Below the pieces are notes generated by a model. It saw nothing but the letters and a program-made list of their open reading frames with translations. It was not told the DNA's origin and ran no database searches. From Clostridia bacterium (GTDB lineage Bacteria; Bacillota; Clostridia; Oscillospirales; CAG-272): a DNA stretch of 53,687 nucleotides. Location of the stretch: assembly GCA_017507985.1 (NCBI GenBank), contig JAFVZV010000052.1, positions 1 to 53,687 of the forward strand, in the 5' to 3' direction. This document shows, one piece after another, positions 27,080 to 37,055 of the stretch. Within the stretch, counting starts at the first letter, position 1. Each line of letters starts with the position of its first letter. A program made the translations under genes and the position numbers.

Positions 27080-28936
27080 TTATCCTTTGGATTTTCTCGT
27101 CATTATCATCTCGGTCACGCGCAACTTAGCCGCGCCGTACGGAACAAGCAGCATCTCGCGTGCTTCACCTTGAGCAACGGCTGAATTTGCCTTTTCAGCG
27201 CTGACATTATCATAACCATCGGCAAAATCCCAATCCACCGGAGCCATACTTGCCTTCAGAGCGATCCGAGGCGCAGATGCCGAGAAGGGATATTCGTTGC
27301 CCTCCCCCAAGCAAGGCTCAAGCGTCTTGCTTGCAAAGCCATATCGCCATTCACTCTTGGGCGTCAGTTCATAATCGCAGTAGGGGAATTTGCGCTCCAC
27401 GCCGTCGCGGGTGTATTCCTTCATATGATACTCCGCCTCGATGGGCAAGGCGAACACCAACGGACCGTAGGCAGCCACATACACGCCGTTTGGACGTTTG
27501 ACCAAATGAGGCTCATCTTTCAAGATGATCTCCACAACGCTTTCCCCCTCCCATGCGCGATCAATCACAAGATAGTCGCCCATGCGAAGCGCCTTCTGAC
27601 CGTCGGTCCTGGCCGCAGCACTCTTAGCCCAGGACGGTACACGGATCTTCAATGGGAACGTTACCTGACTCTGCACGCTCACGTGAATGGATGCATTCAG
27701 GCGGAAAGGATACTCGGACACGTTCTCTATCGTAACCGCAACACCGTTGACGGCAGTGGTCAGTTTGCAGGGAACAAGGTGCGCGCAGACGATCGCGCCG
27801 TCGTCGTGCTGATAAGCGTTCATCGCAAATTTAGGCCAAGCCTGATTAAAGTTAGAGGTACAGCAACCAAAGCCGGGCTCAAGACCAAACAGCCCCGACT
27901 CGCCGTTATTGGTACGGAAGATGGGCTTGTTGGGATATTTTTCGCAGGCGATCTGGTTGACCAACTGGTCATACTGATGCGTCCACATATCGTCGCTGAT
28001 GGCGGCCGGCAACGCGTTGAAGGCCGCCTTTTCTACACGATCGGCCCATACGGCATTGCCCGTAGCGGTATACAGCGTTTCGCAGGAATACATCAGCTCA
28101 GCAATGGAGCAGAGCTCAAAGCCGTGCGTGTTGCCAATGCCCGCCAGACATTCGTCGCCTGTGATAGTGCCGACGGCCGTGCCGTTGTATTTTTCCAGGA
28201 TGCCCCAGAGATACGCAGGATCGTCCTGCACTGTCACGCTTTCCTCGCCAAGCAGCTGCTTGACCAGCGCACCGTATTTGATCATCATGTTCAGATTAAC
28301 GACGTGCGTTTCCAGCGTCCAGATATTCAAAGGACGCACCCAACGCTCGGTCAAGGCGGTGTAGTCCGTTCCCTGCTCGCGTAAGAGCCTTGCCAGTGAG
28401 AGCAAATATTCCTCGCCCGTGCGCTCATAGATGTAGGCAATGGGAATGAGTGCCTCGAACCAACGGAATTTGCCCCAATCCTTGAGCTTGACCGTTCCAT
28501 TGCTCATCAGCTCGTAAAGGCAGCGCAGCGCGCGGCAAAGGCCATCGTAGGCGCGCTTGTCTGCCGTGAAGTCACAGTACAGCGCCAGTACCTTGCATAC
28601 AAGCTGATACGCCCAAACGTCATAATCCTTGCGCGCTTCTTTTGAACAAGGACAGATCCAACCGTCAGCACACTGACGATCAAGAATGCCGTCAACATAT
28701 CGTTTCGCACGCGCTTTCATATCCTCATCGTCAAGCAACCAGGCCAGCGGAATGAAGCCGTCAAGCCAGTAGGGCACACGCTCCCAGCCATCGCGGTCAC
28801 CGCCGATCCAGGCGCTATCACGGATATCGGGCCAGATCTTATCCAGATTGCCCGACAGGCCGTCGGCCTGGATGCGAAGCTGACGATGCAGCCAGCCTGT
28901 GGGCTTGAGGTAATTGGCAGAAAAAAGATGTAACAT
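27080..28936 (-). CDS. GH127/GH146-like (DUF1680, beta-L-arabinofuranosidase-type six-hairpin) glycoside hydrolase, cytoplasmic
   Basis: 618 aa with no signal peptide. GFELCSIAE and GFGCCTSNFNQAW resemble the Cys-containing GETCAS and FGCACCPANIAR blocks of HypBA1-type enzymes, as I recall them. Confidence 0.6.
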   Translation of the reverse strand: MLHLFSANYLKPTGWLHRQLRIQADGLSGNLDKIWPDIRDSAWIGGDRDGWERVPYWLDGFIPLAWLLDDEDMKARAKRYVDGILDRQCADGWICPCSKEARKDYDVWAYQLVCKVLALYCDFTADKRAYDGLCRALRCLYELMSNGTVKLKDWGKFRWFEALIPIAYIYERTGEEYLLSLARLLREQGTDYTALTERWVRPLNIWTLETHVVNLNMMIKYGALVKQLLGEESVTVQDDPAYLWGILEKYNGTAVGTITGDECLAGIGNTHGFELCSIAELMYSCETLYTATGNAVWADRVEKAAFNALPAAISDDMWTHQYDQLVNQIACEKYPNKPIFRTNNGESGLFGLEPGFGCCTSNFNQAWPKFAMNAYQHDDGAIVCAHLVPCKLTTAVNGVAVTIENVSEYPFRLNASIHVSVQSQVTFPLKIRVPSWAKSAAARTDGQKALRMGDYLVIDRAWEGESVVEIILKDEPHLVKRPNGVYVAAYGPLVFALPIEAEYHMKEYTRDGVERKFPYCDYELTPKSEWRYGFASKTLEPCLGEGNEYPFSASAPRIALKASMAPVDWDFADGYDNVSAEKANSAVAQGEAREMLLVPYGAAKLRVTEMIMTRKSKG

Positions 28937-28960
28937 CGCAGTTTCTCCTTTTGTTCGTCG

Positions 28961-29704
28961 TCATTTGAATTCGGTCACGCCATCCGTCAGATAGACGTGG
29001 GTGCGCAAAATGGTATATTCGCTCGTCATATCGCCCTCGGGCAACAGGCCAAAGCGTTCACGCAGCGCGCGAATGAGATATTCGGGATTCAGATAGTCCG
29101 AGCCCGACACACACAGCGTCGCGCGGATTCGAAGCTCGTCGTTCTCTACGCTCGAGTCAAGCGAGCGAATGAGGGTAGTAATATCCACCTGACGGATGCC
29201 CGACTTGGACTTTTTGTCCATCATCAAGGGCGAGGTCGTCAGATAAGTTTTGATCTCGTCGGCAAGCGAAGGGGACAATCCCTGCGTTCGCAGGCGAATA
29301 TCGTACGCCGCCCAGATAATATCGGCAAAGGCCGATCCCTGAGGCACAGCGTATACGTCCAACACGTAAAGCTCGTCGGTCAGTGCACCGTTCAGACGGT
29401 CCTTGATCTCCTCACAGCTCATATCGCGATCAATGCGCAGATCAAGATATTCGCAAAGGCTCTCAGCGCCAACACTCAGCGGCAGACCGAACGTCATCTT
29501 GGCATGAGGATTGAAGCCCTTAGTGTACCACATAGGAATGCCCGCGCGGACCAGCACGCGGCTGATGGTACGCTGCAGATCGAGATGCGAAATGTATTGC
29601 AGGTTACCTATCTTGCGAAATTTGACGCGCACGGTACGCGGCTGCTCCAAGGCAGGATATGCCTCTTTGGGCTTGCGATTTACGATTTGCTGTTCGGACA
29701 GCAT
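28961..29704 (-). CDS. TIGR03936 (DUF2344) radical-SAM-associated protein
   Basis: 247 aa. VRVKFRKIGNLQYISHLDLQRTISRVLVRAGIPMWYTKGFNPHAKM is characteristic of the family. Overlaps the end of the radical SAM gene. Confidence 0.8.
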   Translation of the reverse strand: MLSEQQIVNRKPKEAYPALEQPRTVRVKFRKIGNLQYISHLDLQRTISRVLVRAGIPMWYTKGFNPHAKMTFGLPLSVGAESLCEYLDLRIDRDMSCEEIKDRLNGALTDELYVLDVYAVPQGSAFADIIWAAYDIRLRTQGLSPSLADEIKTYLTTSPLMMDKKSKSGIRQVDITTLIRSLDSSVENDELRIRATLCVSGSDYLNPEYLIRALRERFGLLPEGDMTSEYTILRTHVYLTDGVTEFK

Positions 29705-31575
29705 GCGCGCTCACCTCCCCACTTATTTGCGCCGCAACCACTGCACGCTTCGCGACAGTTGGGCGTTGTAGCGGCCTTATAAGCGCGCTCACGCTCGCGC
29801 TTGAGAAATGCTTTAGTCACGCCGCAGTCAATAATATCCCATGGCAGTACCTCGTCAAGCCCGTACGCACGATTGGCGTAAAAGGCCGGATCAATGCCCG
29901 TATCGGCAAACACCGACATCCATGCATCATAATCAAAGTATTCCGACCAGGCATCAAATTTGAAGCCACGTCGGCAAGCCTCCTCCAGCGCCTTGCCCAA
30001 ACGGCGGTCGCCGCGTGCCAGCACAGCTTCGATGCGGCAGGTAGGAGCATCATGATGATTATACTTGATCTTGCGATCGGTCACGCAAGTACCGACGAAA
30101 GCCTGCTTGCGGCGCATCTCCTCCAGCGTGTCCTGCGCCTCCCATTGGAAGGGCGTGAACGGCTTGGGAATAAAGGGAGAGACGCTGATGGTCACCTGTG
30201 GCGGACGTGCTTTATTGCGATTGGGATTTTTGTAATATTCGTCAATGACGCGATGCGCCAGCGCAGGGATTTCGGCAAGATCGGCATCCGTTTCGGTCGG
30301 GTGTCCCTGCATAAAGTACAGCTTTATTTGATTTTTACCCGCTTCAAAAGCGACGTTGACTGCTCGCATCAAATCTGCCTCGTCAAGGTTTTTATTGATT
30401 ACGTCGCGCAGTCTCTGTGAACCCGCCTCTGGTGCAAAGGTGATGGACGATGCACGAATAGAAGTTACCTTGTCCATCAGCTCCTTGGTAAAGGAGTCGG
30501 CACGCAACGAGGGCAATGACAAATTGACCATATTAGGATTGGTCCATTCGAGCAGCTTGTCCGTCAGCTCGCCCACACGTGTGTAATCACTGATGGACAG
30601 CGAGGACAGTGAAAGCTCCTCATATCCTGTGGTGTCAAAAATCTCGCGCGCCTGGCAGTTGATCACATCGGGCGTTTTTTCGCGCACGGGGCGATAGACC
30701 ATGCCTGCCTGGCAGAAGCGGCAGCCACGGATACAGCCGCGACCAACCTCGACCGTGATACGGTCCTGCACCGTTTCAATATAGGGCATAACCACCGTTT
30801 TCGGAAAATACGCCCGGTCCAGATCCTGAATAATCCGCTTTTCGATTTTCGTGGGAATATCATCGTAAATGGGGGTGTAGGCCTCGATCGTTCCGTCCTC
30901 ATGATAGCTCACGCGATACAGCGAAGGGACGTACACGCCGGGAATGGTACGAGCCGCCTCGTGCAGAAAATCCGCACGGGTATAGCGCCCTTCGTCCTTC
31001 ATCCGGATGTACAATCGCACGATCTCGGGAAGCATTTCCTCGCCCTCGCCAATATTGAACAGATCAAAGAAATCTGCCACAGGCTCGGGATTATACGCGC
31101 AGGGGCCGCCGCCGATCACGAGAGGATGCTCTTCGCAACGGTCCTCGGCACGCAACGGAATATGCGCAAGCGACAGCATATTAAGCACGGTCGTGTAGCA
31201 CATTTCATATTGGAGCGTGAATCCAAGGAAGTCAAATTCACGCACGGCATCGCCGCTTTCCAGCGCGCACAGAGCAAGATCGTGTCCGATCATCTGCTCT
31301 TGCATATCCACCCAAGGCGCAAATACACGCTCGCACCAAATATCTTCGTGGCTGTTGAGGGCACCGTAAAGAATACGCATACCGAGATTGGACATACCGA
31401 TCTCGTAGCTATCGGGAAAAGCAAACGCAAATCTTGCCTTGACCGTCGCCTTATCCTTTACGATTTGCCCATACTCACCGCCGGCATACCGACCGGGCTT
31501 GGAGATGGATTTGAGCAACGTGCTGCTGTAGCGCGCGCCGTTGTTACGATTCTCAATTTCTTGTGTCATTTTCAC
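29680..31575 (-). CDS. TIGR03960-type B12-binding-domain radical SAM protein
   Basis: 631 aa with the CxxxCxxC cluster motif in GRGCIRGCRFCQAG and an N-terminal B12-binding-like region. Paired with the TIGR03936 gene. Confidence 0.85.
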   Translation of the reverse strand: MKMTQEIENRNNGARYSSTLLKSISKPGRYAGGEYGQIVKDKATVKARFAFAFPDSYEIGMSNLGMRILYGALNSHEDIWCERVFAPWVDMQEQMIGHDLALCALESGDAVREFDFLGFTLQYEMCYTTVLNMLSLAHIPLRAEDRCEEHPLVIGGGPCAYNPEPVADFFDLFNIGEGEEMLPEIVRLYIRMKDEGRYTRADFLHEAARTIPGVYVPSLYRVSYHEDGTIEAYTPIYDDIPTKIEKRIIQDLDRAYFPKTVVMPYIETVQDRITVEVGRGCIRGCRFCQAGMVYRPVREKTPDVINCQAREIFDTTGYEELSLSSLSISDYTRVGELTDKLLEWTNPNMVNLSLPSLRADSFTKELMDKVTSIRASSITFAPEAGSQRLRDVINKNLDEADLMRAVNVAFEAGKNQIKLYFMQGHPTETDADLAEIPALAHRVIDEYYKNPNRNKARPPQVTISVSPFIPKPFTPFQWEAQDTLEEMRRKQAFVGTCVTDRKIKYNHHDAPTCRIEAVLARGDRRLGKALEEACRRGFKFDAWSEYFDYDAWMSVFADTGIDPAFYANRAYGLDEVLPWDIIDCGVTKAFLKRERERAYKAATTPNCREACSGCGANKWGGERACCPNSKS

Positions 31576-34561
31576 TCTTTTTTTCCTGTTCGTTTATCAT
31601 ATTTTTGCGAGACAGCAACACGCAAGGAATGCACCACACGCACTGCAGCACTGCGGTCAACAGCACCGCCATGGGATCGATCATATCGAAGAACATCAAT
31701 CCCGCGCTCAAAAGTGCCCCCAGCAGCAGTCCCACATAGTATACAAGCTTGACTCGACGGTCATTATCTGCAAGGCGATGGCAAGCCGTCACAGCCCTCG
31801 CGATATCGCGGGCACTGCGGGTCGCAATCAGACCGCTGTCTACAACGCTTGATTCAACTGCCTTTTCAAAGTGGACCGGCTTGATCACACGCACGGGTGC
31901 GATTCCCGGCTCGCGGCTGCGTGCTAAGAATTCAGCATGGATACAGGGGTCATAGCTTTCAATCGCAACAGCCGTACGGTTGTTTGCCAGCTCTGCGACC
32001 ATATGCTCAAAGCGCCCTGAGATACGGTAATCGATCTCATAGCCAAGACGCAGCTTGCCCTCAAATGCAAGGTACAAAATACAGCTTTCCACGTGTCTGC
32101 GCACCAACAGCTCTGCCGTCTCACTCGGTACACGAATGCCGTTTTTGATCATAAACGCAGACGTTCCCGCCAAGATGTGCACTTTACCGTCAATGCGCGC
32201 CTCCACGCCCTCGTCCATCACGCGCAAGATCTCGACGCGGTCCTCATACGTTTCCTCGGACAGATCCGAGGTCGTTACGTTGCGTAACGTGCCACCCAAC
32301 GTGCGGAACAGTCGCTTGGCGTATCGGATATATTTTCTTGTGTCGCCGCCACCCTTAATGGTGATCTCGGTCGAGCTCTTGGAACGGAACATTTCCGTCT
32401 CGTCAAACAGCAAAATGCTGTCGGTCGCGTACTGATCCACCGCGCCATCACCAACAATGGCACAGCCTTGTTTGGCAAGGCTGACCGAAGCGAGTAGCTT
32501 GGGATAGGTATACGCGATCAATGCCGATGCAGGCAAGGTCAATTGCAGCGTGAGCATAAATGCAGTAAATGCATGATACAAATCATGCTTCAAAAGCAAT
32601 GTCACCACGCCCATAACCACGGCGATGAGCAAGGACACCATCAAGACAGACGAGAGTGCCCGACAGCGCGTGCTACCTTGGCCTGTACGCTGAAAATAGC
32701 CGCCGATCTGCTCGGTACGGCGAACACGGCGCAAGCTCAGATCCGCATCGTCGTTGATGATCTTAACAATATGTCCGTCACGAATGACCTTTTTCTTTTT
32801 TGCCTCCATATCGGACAGGGCAATCTTTCGCGAGCGTGCGCTGACGACGGAAAAGGTCATCATTTCACTTTTGATTTTCATTCGCTCCCCGATTGCCAGC
32901 AAAACCAGCATAAGAGCCGTTGGCAAATTGAGCATGACGCCGCACACGGGAGCAAACAAGCCGGGCACGTCATATAACACAGTCAATATGACCAAAATTG
33001 CGGGAAGGGTCGCAGGCGAGGGGGAAAATCGGAACAGATCCGCAACTCCCTGCTTGAGCAAGGGGAAAGAAAACAGCGCTGTCAAGCTTAGCAAAATCAA
33101 ACCGATGGCGCTATACATTCCCGAGGTGGGAAGGATAGCAAAGGTATCGGGCAAATAGCCGCGAAACAGTGGGAACAGATCCGTCAGCGCGACCATCAGC
33201 GTCAACAGCACTGTAAACGTCAGTCGTGCAGAAGCACGGCGCACATGCTTGCGATAGGCATCGGTGATCTGTTTATCCTGTGCGTGTCCGCTGTATTCTT
33301 CGCCGTTGCAGGCGTAAACACGATTCATACGGCGATGCTGCTCGCGGTCATCCGTTTGTCTGTTTTTGAGTGTTTCGATTCGTTGCGATCCGACCTTGGC
33401 TGACAAATTGCTTTCATATCCAAGATCAAGCAACAGCTCTACATCCTCGTCGCTGAGCGTTTTCTCACGGCGATCCCGACCAAAGGCAGGCGCACCGCCA
33501 AGCGGCGTTACGTTACCACGGGCACCCGTGCGTTCAGCAGCAATCGCATCCAATGGCGACTGTTTGGGACGCATTACATCCGTCTGTGCCCCCGCGCGCG
33601 CATTGGCATTTCTTGCCGCATCCAAGGGCGAAGAGACGGGAGCCACCGAGGATTTGTCAGCGAGCTTGGGCTCTTGCTCATCGGCAATCTCTCCTGCTTT
33701 CATCGTCGTTTGATCTATTTGCGGCAATTCTTCATCCTTGTCCAGTACAATATCCCCCTCACGCAAGGCGGAGTCTTGCTCCGCTATGTCTGCGGCGCTT
33801 GAAGGCTGTTCTTCAAACAGTCCCTCGGGAGCAAAGCCTTCAACAGGCAGATAACCATCTTCCATTGAAGATGCGCCTATCGTTCCCTGCTCTCCTTGCG
33901 CAGTAACGGTCATGCTGTCTTCGTCCGTCGCGCCGACCTCATCGCTCACAGCTTCGGGCGAGGCCGCAAAGGAATCCGACGGGATTCGGAGCTGCTCGAC
34001 CACTTCTTGGGGTACCTGTGAGGACAGATCGCCAAGGTCAGTCTCCTCGGTAACGAAAACATCTTCGATCTGCGGCTGCTCCTCACCGATCACCTCATCG
34101 GGAAGCTCCACCTGAGTGTCGGGATGTGGCAACTCTTGCTCAATCACCGTAGCATCGGTTGACGTTTCGACCGTCTGCTCCACTTGGGACTCCTCTGTCG
34201 CTTCAGCAGACAATAACTGCTCCTCGGGAGCATCCACATCGGAAAGGACTACCGTATCGCGATCGGCAATGGATATCTGCTCCATTGCTTGTTCTTTTTT
34301 TGCGGGAGCTTTTTTTCTTCTCCCCTTGGTATGCTTTTTGGCGTTCTCTTTGGGCGTAGCTTCTTGTTGCGGCACAACCTCTCCAAGCAATGCCGCCATA
34401 TAAGAATCAAATGCCGCGATCTCATCGTCCTCTTCCCTTGAACGAGCAGAAGCCGAATCATCGGCAAATACGTCGTCAGGCGAACCGTCTTCCTCGTTAT
34501 CGAGCGAAGCGCGAAGTGCCTGCAACAGCTCGTCGGTAGAGTCTTTGGATAATCGATTCAT
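31553..34561 (-). CDS. P1B-type (heavy-metal) ATPase homologue with degenerate catalytic motifs and a long acidic, low-complexity N-terminal region
   Basis: ATG at 34561 behind AAAGGAG; the ORF-track start at 34582 is a GTG. The C-terminal roughly 530 aa are collinear with CopA-type ATPases, but DKTGT reads DETEM, CPC reads LPA, TGDN reads ESYD, and GDGxNDxP and TGES are absent. The first roughly 470 aa are rich in D/E/Q/S/P/V. Confidence 0.7.
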   Translation of the reverse strand: MNRLSKDSTDELLQALRASLDNEEDGSPDDVFADDSASARSREEDDEIAAFDSYMAALLGEVVPQQEATPKENAKKHTKGRRKKAPAKKEQAMEQISIADRDTVVLSDVDAPEEQLLSAEATEESQVEQTVETSTDATVIEQELPHPDTQVELPDEVIGEEQPQIEDVFVTEETDLGDLSSQVPQEVVEQLRIPSDSFAASPEAVSDEVGATDEDSMTVTAQGEQGTIGASSMEDGYLPVEGFAPEGLFEEQPSSAADIAEQDSALREGDIVLDKDEELPQIDQTTMKAGEIADEQEPKLADKSSVAPVSSPLDAARNANARAGAQTDVMRPKQSPLDAIAAERTGARGNVTPLGGAPAFGRDRREKTLSDEDVELLLDLGYESNLSAKVGSQRIETLKNRQTDDREQHRRMNRVYACNGEEYSGHAQDKQITDAYRKHVRRASARLTFTVLLTLMVALTDLFPLFRGYLPDTFAILPTSGMYSAIGLILLSLTALFSFPLLKQGVADLFRFSPSPATLPAILVILTVLYDVPGLFAPVCGVMLNLPTALMLVLLAIGERMKIKSEMMTFSVVSARSRKIALSDMEAKKKKVIRDGHIVKIINDDADLSLRRVRRTEQIGGYFQRTGQGSTRCRALSSVLMVSLLIAVVMGVVTLLLKHDLYHAFTAFMLTLQLTLPASALIAYTYPKLLASVSLAKQGCAIVGDGAVDQYATDSILLFDETEMFRSKSSTEITIKGGGDTRKYIRYAKRLFRTLGGTLRNVTTSDLSEETYEDRVEILRVMDEGVEARIDGKVHILAGTSAFMIKNGIRVPSETAELLVRRHVESCILYLAFEGKLRLGYEIDYRISGRFEHMVAELANNRTAVAIESYDPCIHAEFLARSREPGIAPVRVIKPVHFEKAVESSVVDSGLIATRSARDIARAVTACHRLADNDRRVKLVYYVGLLLGALLSAGLMFFDMIDPMAVLLTAVLQCVWCIPCVLLSRKNMINEQEKKSENDTRN

Positions 34562-34600
34562 ACAAAGAACGTCTCCTTTCACTTTATTGAAGGGCGCGTA

Positions 34601-35548
34601 TCATCCGTCGGTACGCTCTGCCGCCTTTTTTTCTCTTGCCGCGGCATGTTGGCGGGCAGCTTCCGCAAGCAAAATCGAGGCCGCGGTCGACACGTTGAGC
34701 GAATTGACCTGCCCACGCATGGGAATGGAAATGATTGCGTCACATTTTTGTTTGAGCAAGGCAGACACGCCATTGCCCTCACTGCCAAAGATAATCGCAC
34801 AAGGCCCTGTCAGATCAGTCTTGTCATACGACTGTCCACCTGCCTCGGCAGCATACACCCATACGCCCTGCTTTTGCAATTCCTGCACCGTCTGGGCAAG
34901 ATTGGCAACCTTGGCAACCGCCAGATGCTCGATCGCGCCCGCACTGGCCTTGGAGACCAGCGGTGTCAATCCTACGGCACGACGCTTGGGCAGGATCAGG
35001 CCATGAGCGCCAAGACCCTCGGCGCAACGGATCAGCGCACCAAGATTATATGGATCGGTGATGCCGTCCGCAATCGCAATGATGGGATGCTCGCCACGCT
35101 CACGTGCGATAGCAAGGATATCCTCTACGTCAACGTATTCTTTTTCTGCAGCCATAGCAATAATGCCTTGATGAGGGGCAAAGCCTGCAATGGCGTCCAG
35201 CTTGGCGCGATCGACCTCGACCACGGGAATCTTCTTTTCCAAGGCCTGTGCAACAAGCACAACAATAGAGCCCTCGCGCTCACCGCGCTGAACGAGCAGC
35301 TTGTCAATGGTGCGCTCGCTGTGCAGCAGCTCACGAACCGCATTGCGGCCGATCACGATACCACAGCTCTCCTGATCGTCCGTCATTGCGCTCACATTTT
35401 CCTTTGCCTGCGCGCTGCGATCGACGTGATCGTATTTGGATGCGCCGCGATAGTCGCGGCTCGGACGGCTGTCGCGGCGGTCGTTACGGTCGCGACGGGG
35501 CTTGCCGCCCTGCGATTTATTCTTTCTGTCTTTTTCCATATTGCTCAC
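34601..35548 (-). CDS. rlmB: TrmH/SpoU family 23S rRNA 2'-O-methyltransferase (RlmB-like) with an Arg/Asp-rich N-terminal extension
   Basis: SpoU substrate-binding region (GRNAVRELL) and C-terminal methylase knot motifs (IFGSEGNGVS, IPMRGQVNSLNVS). Start uncertain: GTG at 35548 or ATG at 35539. Confidence 0.8.
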   Translation of the reverse strand: MSNMEKDRKNKSQGGKPRRDRNDRRDSRPSRDYRGASKYDHVDRSAQAKENVSAMTDDQESCGIVIGRNAVRELLHSERTIDKLLVQRGEREGSIVVLVAQALEKKIPVVEVDRAKLDAIAGFAPHQGIIAMAAEKEYVDVEDILAIARERGEHPIIAIADGITDPYNLGALIRCAEGLGAHGLILPKRRAVGLTPLVSKASAGAIEHLAVAKVANLAQTVQELQKQGVWVYAAEAGGQSYDKTDLTGPCAIIFGSEGNGVSALLKQKCDAIISIPMRGQVNSLNVSTAASILLAEAARQHAAAREKKAAERTDG

Positions 35549-35569
35549 TTCACTTTCTCAATTCAAGCA

Positions 35570-37030
35570 TCAAACAACGTTCCAGTCCTCGATCAGCTTG
35601 GCCAAAACACGCCAAACGCGCTCGACCGAGTCAAGAAAGAGCACTTCATCCGGCGAATGGATGCCACGCATATTCGGGCCGATCGAAATGATATCCATAT
35701 CGGGCAGTTGCTTTTTGATATAGCCACATTCCAACCCTGCGTGAATGGCAACGACGTGCATCACATCGCCCACAACCGCCTCGTACGCGGCTACATAAGC
35801 ATCACGTACCGCCGATTCGGACGCGTATTCCCAGCCCGGGTAACGGCTGTGGTGGTTGATCTGTCCGCCAAGCGCGGCAGACAGCGCACCAAGCGATGAG
35901 ACCGTACCGTCCAAACGGCTCTCACGCGATGCGCGTGAGGTAAACGTCATACAGACTGCCTTGTCCGTCGTTCTCAAAATGCCAAGATTGCGAGAGTATT
36001 CCACAAGTCCCGCCACCTCGGCGTTCATGGCAAGCACGCCGCACGGCGCGTTGGCAAGCAAGCCCAGCACACGGGCGGTAGCGGCTTCGCTCATCATACC
36101 CGTGATGGCAGCCGCTTCCTCATTGGTCAATCGCTCGCAAACAATACGGCAGTTTTCATCTTCCTGGACCAGCTCGCCCGAGATCTCGTCGGCAAGACCA
36201 AGCAGCGCCATGCTCGTCATAGCCACGCTGGGTACAGCGATCACAGCAACAGCCTCACGGGTGATGGCATTATCCTTGGAGCCACCCTCAATGCTGACCA
36301 GACGAACGTCGGAAAGTGCGGCAAGCAACCGGCCAAGCAAAAGATTGGCGTTGGCACGTCCGGTGTGAATATCCGCACCGCTGTGACCGCCACAAAGTCC
36401 CGTCAGCGAAACTCGACAAAGCTCGCGGTCGCCAAGGGGCTCGCGATCAACAGCAAGGCTCAAATCGCTCCGAATACCGCCTGCACAGCCCACCGTAACG
36501 GTGTCCTCTTGCTCGCTGTCGAGGTTGATCATGTGCTTGGCCTTCAGAAGCGAATAGTCAAATGCAATGGCGCCGCCCATGCCCGTTTCCTCTTCAGTGG
36601 TAAACAAACATTCAATGGCCGGATGACTGTCCAACTCACCGTCAAGCATCGCCAGCATCATAGCTACGGCAATGCCGTTGTCCGCGCCAAGCGTCGTGCC
36701 GTCGGCACGCAGACAATTGCCCTCGAGTATCAGACGAATGGGATCACGCTCAAAATCGTGTACCGTATCGTTATTCTTCTCGCACACCATATCGGTGTGT
36801 CCTTGAAAAAGCAACGGCGCATGATCTTGTCTTCCCTTCGTTGCAGGCTTTTTGATCAATACGTTATTGTTGGCATCGCGCACACAGTCCAGACCGCGTT
36901 CCTTGGCAAAGCGGCACAGATAATCTGCCACGCCCGCCTCGTTGCCCGAGCCGCGTGGAATGGCGCTGATCTGTTCAAAAAAAGCAAATACGTTAGCAGG
37001 TTTAAAACCGCGAATTACTTGTTCACTCAT
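35570..37030 (-). CDS. pepD: Aminoacyl-histidine dipeptidase (PepD, M20C family)
   Basis: Start at MSEQVIRGFKPANVFAFFEQISAIPRGSGNE (ATG at 37030). Motifs HTDMV, GADNG and EEETGMGGA. Confidence 0.88.
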   Translation of the reverse strand: MSEQVIRGFKPANVFAFFEQISAIPRGSGNEAGVADYLCRFAKERGLDCVRDANNNVLIKKPATKGRQDHAPLLFQGHTDMVCEKNNDTVHDFERDPIRLILEGNCLRADGTTLGADNGIAVAMMLAMLDGELDSHPAIECLFTTEEETGMGGAIAFDYSLLKAKHMINLDSEQEDTVTVGCAGGIRSDLSLAVDREPLGDRELCRVSLTGLCGGHSGADIHTGRANANLLLGRLLAALSDVRLVSIEGGSKDNAITREAVAVIAVPSVAMTSMALLGLADEISGELVQEDENCRIVCERLTNEEAAAITGMMSEAATARVLGLLANAPCGVLAMNAEVAGLVEYSRNLGILRTTDKAVCMTFTSRASRESRLDGTVSSLGALSAALGGQINHHSRYPGWEYASESAVRDAYVAAYEAVVGDVMHVVAIHAGLECGYIKKQLPDMDIISIGPNMRGIHSPDEVLFLDSVERVWRVLAKLIEDWNVV

Positions 37031-37055
37031 ACACTCTATCCTTTCGCTATGTTGA

